A stretch of 64,000 bases of DNA, from contig NC_091474.1 in assembly GCF_036971445.1 (NCBI RefSeq), positions 123,938,001 to 124,002,000 on the forward strand, read 5' to 3'. The notes beneath the pieces are model-generated. The model searched no databases. It saw nothing but the letters and a program-made list of their open reading frames with translations, and was not told the DNA's origin. A program made the translations under genes and the position numbers. Below, piece by piece: positions 62,037 through 64,000 of the stretch. How positions within the stretch are numbered: the first letter of the stretch is position 1; the number at the start of each line of letters is the position of its first letter. This stretch comes from Narcine bancroftii (taxonomy: Eukaryota).

Positions 62037-63029
62037 ATTGATAGGCAAGTAAAATTCCTCTTACCGAGTTCCAGTAGCAATGCTCTAGCGTGCTTCCTTC
62101 CGTCGTTTGTTCTCAATGCCTCTTCTCGGATATCACTCGCTTCTTCCACTGACCAGCCACCCGTCGTCCGTGAGTCCAGCTGAATCAGCTGGGGTGCACC
62201 TACTCTCGTCGTCAGGCACCCTGTCAGTGGAGGGAGTGTGATCCCGGACGAGCCCCCATTTGTTACAAACAGAATTACCTTTAAAGAAATTGCTCGAGAC
62301 AAAAATTGAGAACAAAGTACATTTATTATACAACAATGCAAAATTGGGTGCTTCCCCTTACCCTGGGAATACACACATACACTGCGGCTCACCCAACTTT
62401 TATACAGCTTATCTCAGTATAGGAATAACCCCCCCCCCTTACATTCTTCTGCCTCCTGCTGGAGAGGTTTGGCATTAGGCAATCCTGCCTACGTGCTGTT
62501 TCTGTGCACTTGGAGGACCAGGGGGTATCCTGTCGGTGTCTTCTCATGTCATTATCCCCATTGTCCTTATTCACAACCTTGCCCTTGTCCCCATTCACAC
62601 CTTTCCTACTCTCAGAGCAGTCCCTTCATATACAGAGTTCGCTAATCCTGTCTAGGGTTTACTAATTAAATATGCATAACTTGATAAATCTGTGTATGGC
62701 TTACTAATTATATATGTAGAACTGGCTAATACTGTCTAAGGTTTTCTAATTATTTATGCAAGCCTTGCTAATTCTATCTGGGGCTTGGAGACCCTTATCT
62801 CGTTCAGACTAACTCTACTTCTATCATCAATTGTCTGTCCTTATCTCCTTCAGTTAGTGAACTTGCTGATTCTCTAGGAGATTCTTATCTTACTCAGACA
62901 GTGTCAGCTTCCTGCCTTCTAATATCCATGTCTCATGTTGTTTGTACTGGCTTCATTCATTTACTTATGTATCAATTTTATTTTCTTCATTTCTTCATAT
63001 TGCAATATCAATTTTTCTCATCTCTCACA

Positions 63030-64000
63030 CAGCCAAGTCTAATGAAACAGGAACAATAATCCTTAAGGCATTGCAAACATGATCACTTTCATTACATCTC
63101 CCTTTCTTAAAACAAAAGTAGCTTACTTTTAACTAACATGTTTTTTTTTGTGTAACTCTGCAATTTTAACTTTAACACCAGGATCTTACATTTTCATTAT
63201 TATCAACATTGTTAACATTTTAAAACTTGTTTTGTGTATTCACATTTACATACATTAAAACATAGAGTGAATAAGATACCTCTGAATCGGTTAGGAGGAT
63301 TCATGTGTCTTGAAGATCTCCTGATTGATTGTTCTTGAATTCGAGTTGTTGCCTCAGACAATGTCTTCTTAGCTGTGTATTCAGGTTGTTCAATATTAAC
63401 CATCTTTCCATCGACTGTGGCTGGTCCCATTTGAAGATCTTGACGATCTCTTTGTAGAACACCACCTTCGTCTGGCTGAATGGTGCAATATTTTAGTTGG
63501 ACTTCACTAAGGACAGCTTCCTTCTGAGTCCATAAGCTTGTTTTGTCTTTTAGCCTTACTTGGTCACCAGTGTGCAGTTCTGGAAGGTTTTTTTGTTCCT
63601 CTGTCAAAGTTAATATTTTTGCTTTTCTTTACATTGTACTTTGAATTTCCTCACCTTCTTCCCCTCTTGTTTTTAGGAAGTTCTCCTGAATGGGTAGGTT
63701 TGATCTTAGCCTACATCCCACACTCGAGCGGCGTGGTGTAGTATACTAGCATGCTCTGATAGAAGTTTGTTCCACTGTCTTTTACCTTGTACATCAGTCT
63801 TTTCACTGTCTGTACTGAATTTTCCATTCAACCATTGGACTGTGGAAAATGAGGACTTGAGGTGGTGTGTACAAAATCCCACTCTTCGGCAAAATGTCGG
63901 AACTTTAAAGTACAAAACTGTGGTCCATTATCTGTTTAGACCTCACTTGCCACACCATGTCCAGATAATATGGCTTTCATACCTGTTATTACAGCATCTG
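63030..64000 (-). mobile_element. Gypsy integrase 3' fragment, PPT and LTR start; the LTR is split by provirus 2 and continues at about 56543-56704
   Basis: Minus-strand DNGPQF, LPELHTGDQVRL and RRSSRHMNPPNRF, then AAAGGGAGA-TGTAA (PPT/LTR boundary near 63096). Confidence 0.78.

Larger units (their letters stand above)
56705..63029 (-). mobile_element. Class-I ERV provirus 2 (5' LTR 62261-63029, 3' LTR 56705-57460), pro-pol replaced by non-viral DNA
   Basis: Highly similar LTR pair, TSD CAGC (56701-56704 / 63030-63033), perfect tRNA-Pro PBS (62241-62258), PPT from 57461, and gag, integrase tail and env. Confidence 0.95.

Overview
Vertebrate genomic DNA, most likely from a cartilaginous fish (inferred from V-SINEs, the RTE/CR1/Penelope/L1/Rex LINE mix, tRNA-Pro ERVs and the H2B tail sequence; not provable from the window). 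The only host genes form a decaying, duplicated replication-dependent histone locus: four H2B ORFs (one probably decaying), two intact H4, one frameshifted H4 and two H2A remnants. No H3 or H1 is recognisable. The rest is deeply nested transposons: five Gypsy LTR elements or fragments plus a Gypsy integrase ORF, five insertions of one class-I ERV family (two deleted proviruses, two solo LTRs, one partial LTR), other solo LTRs, LINE fragments, V-SINEs, and hAT and PIF/Harbinger-like non-autonomous elements. Four observations stand out. (1) A hAT element carries a LINE fragment that looks A-to-G hyper-edited with an ADAR-like neighbour bias. (2) One provirus has its pro-pol region replaced by about 1.5 kb of non-viral, homeodomain-motif-rich DNA. 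(3) Both proviruses share a short Env that keeps the immunosuppressive domain but lacks CX6CC. (4) A CCAAT + CDE/CHR promoter-like block with no gene behind it lies next to each H4. All alignments and counts were done by eye, so boundaries of degenerate elements are approximate.
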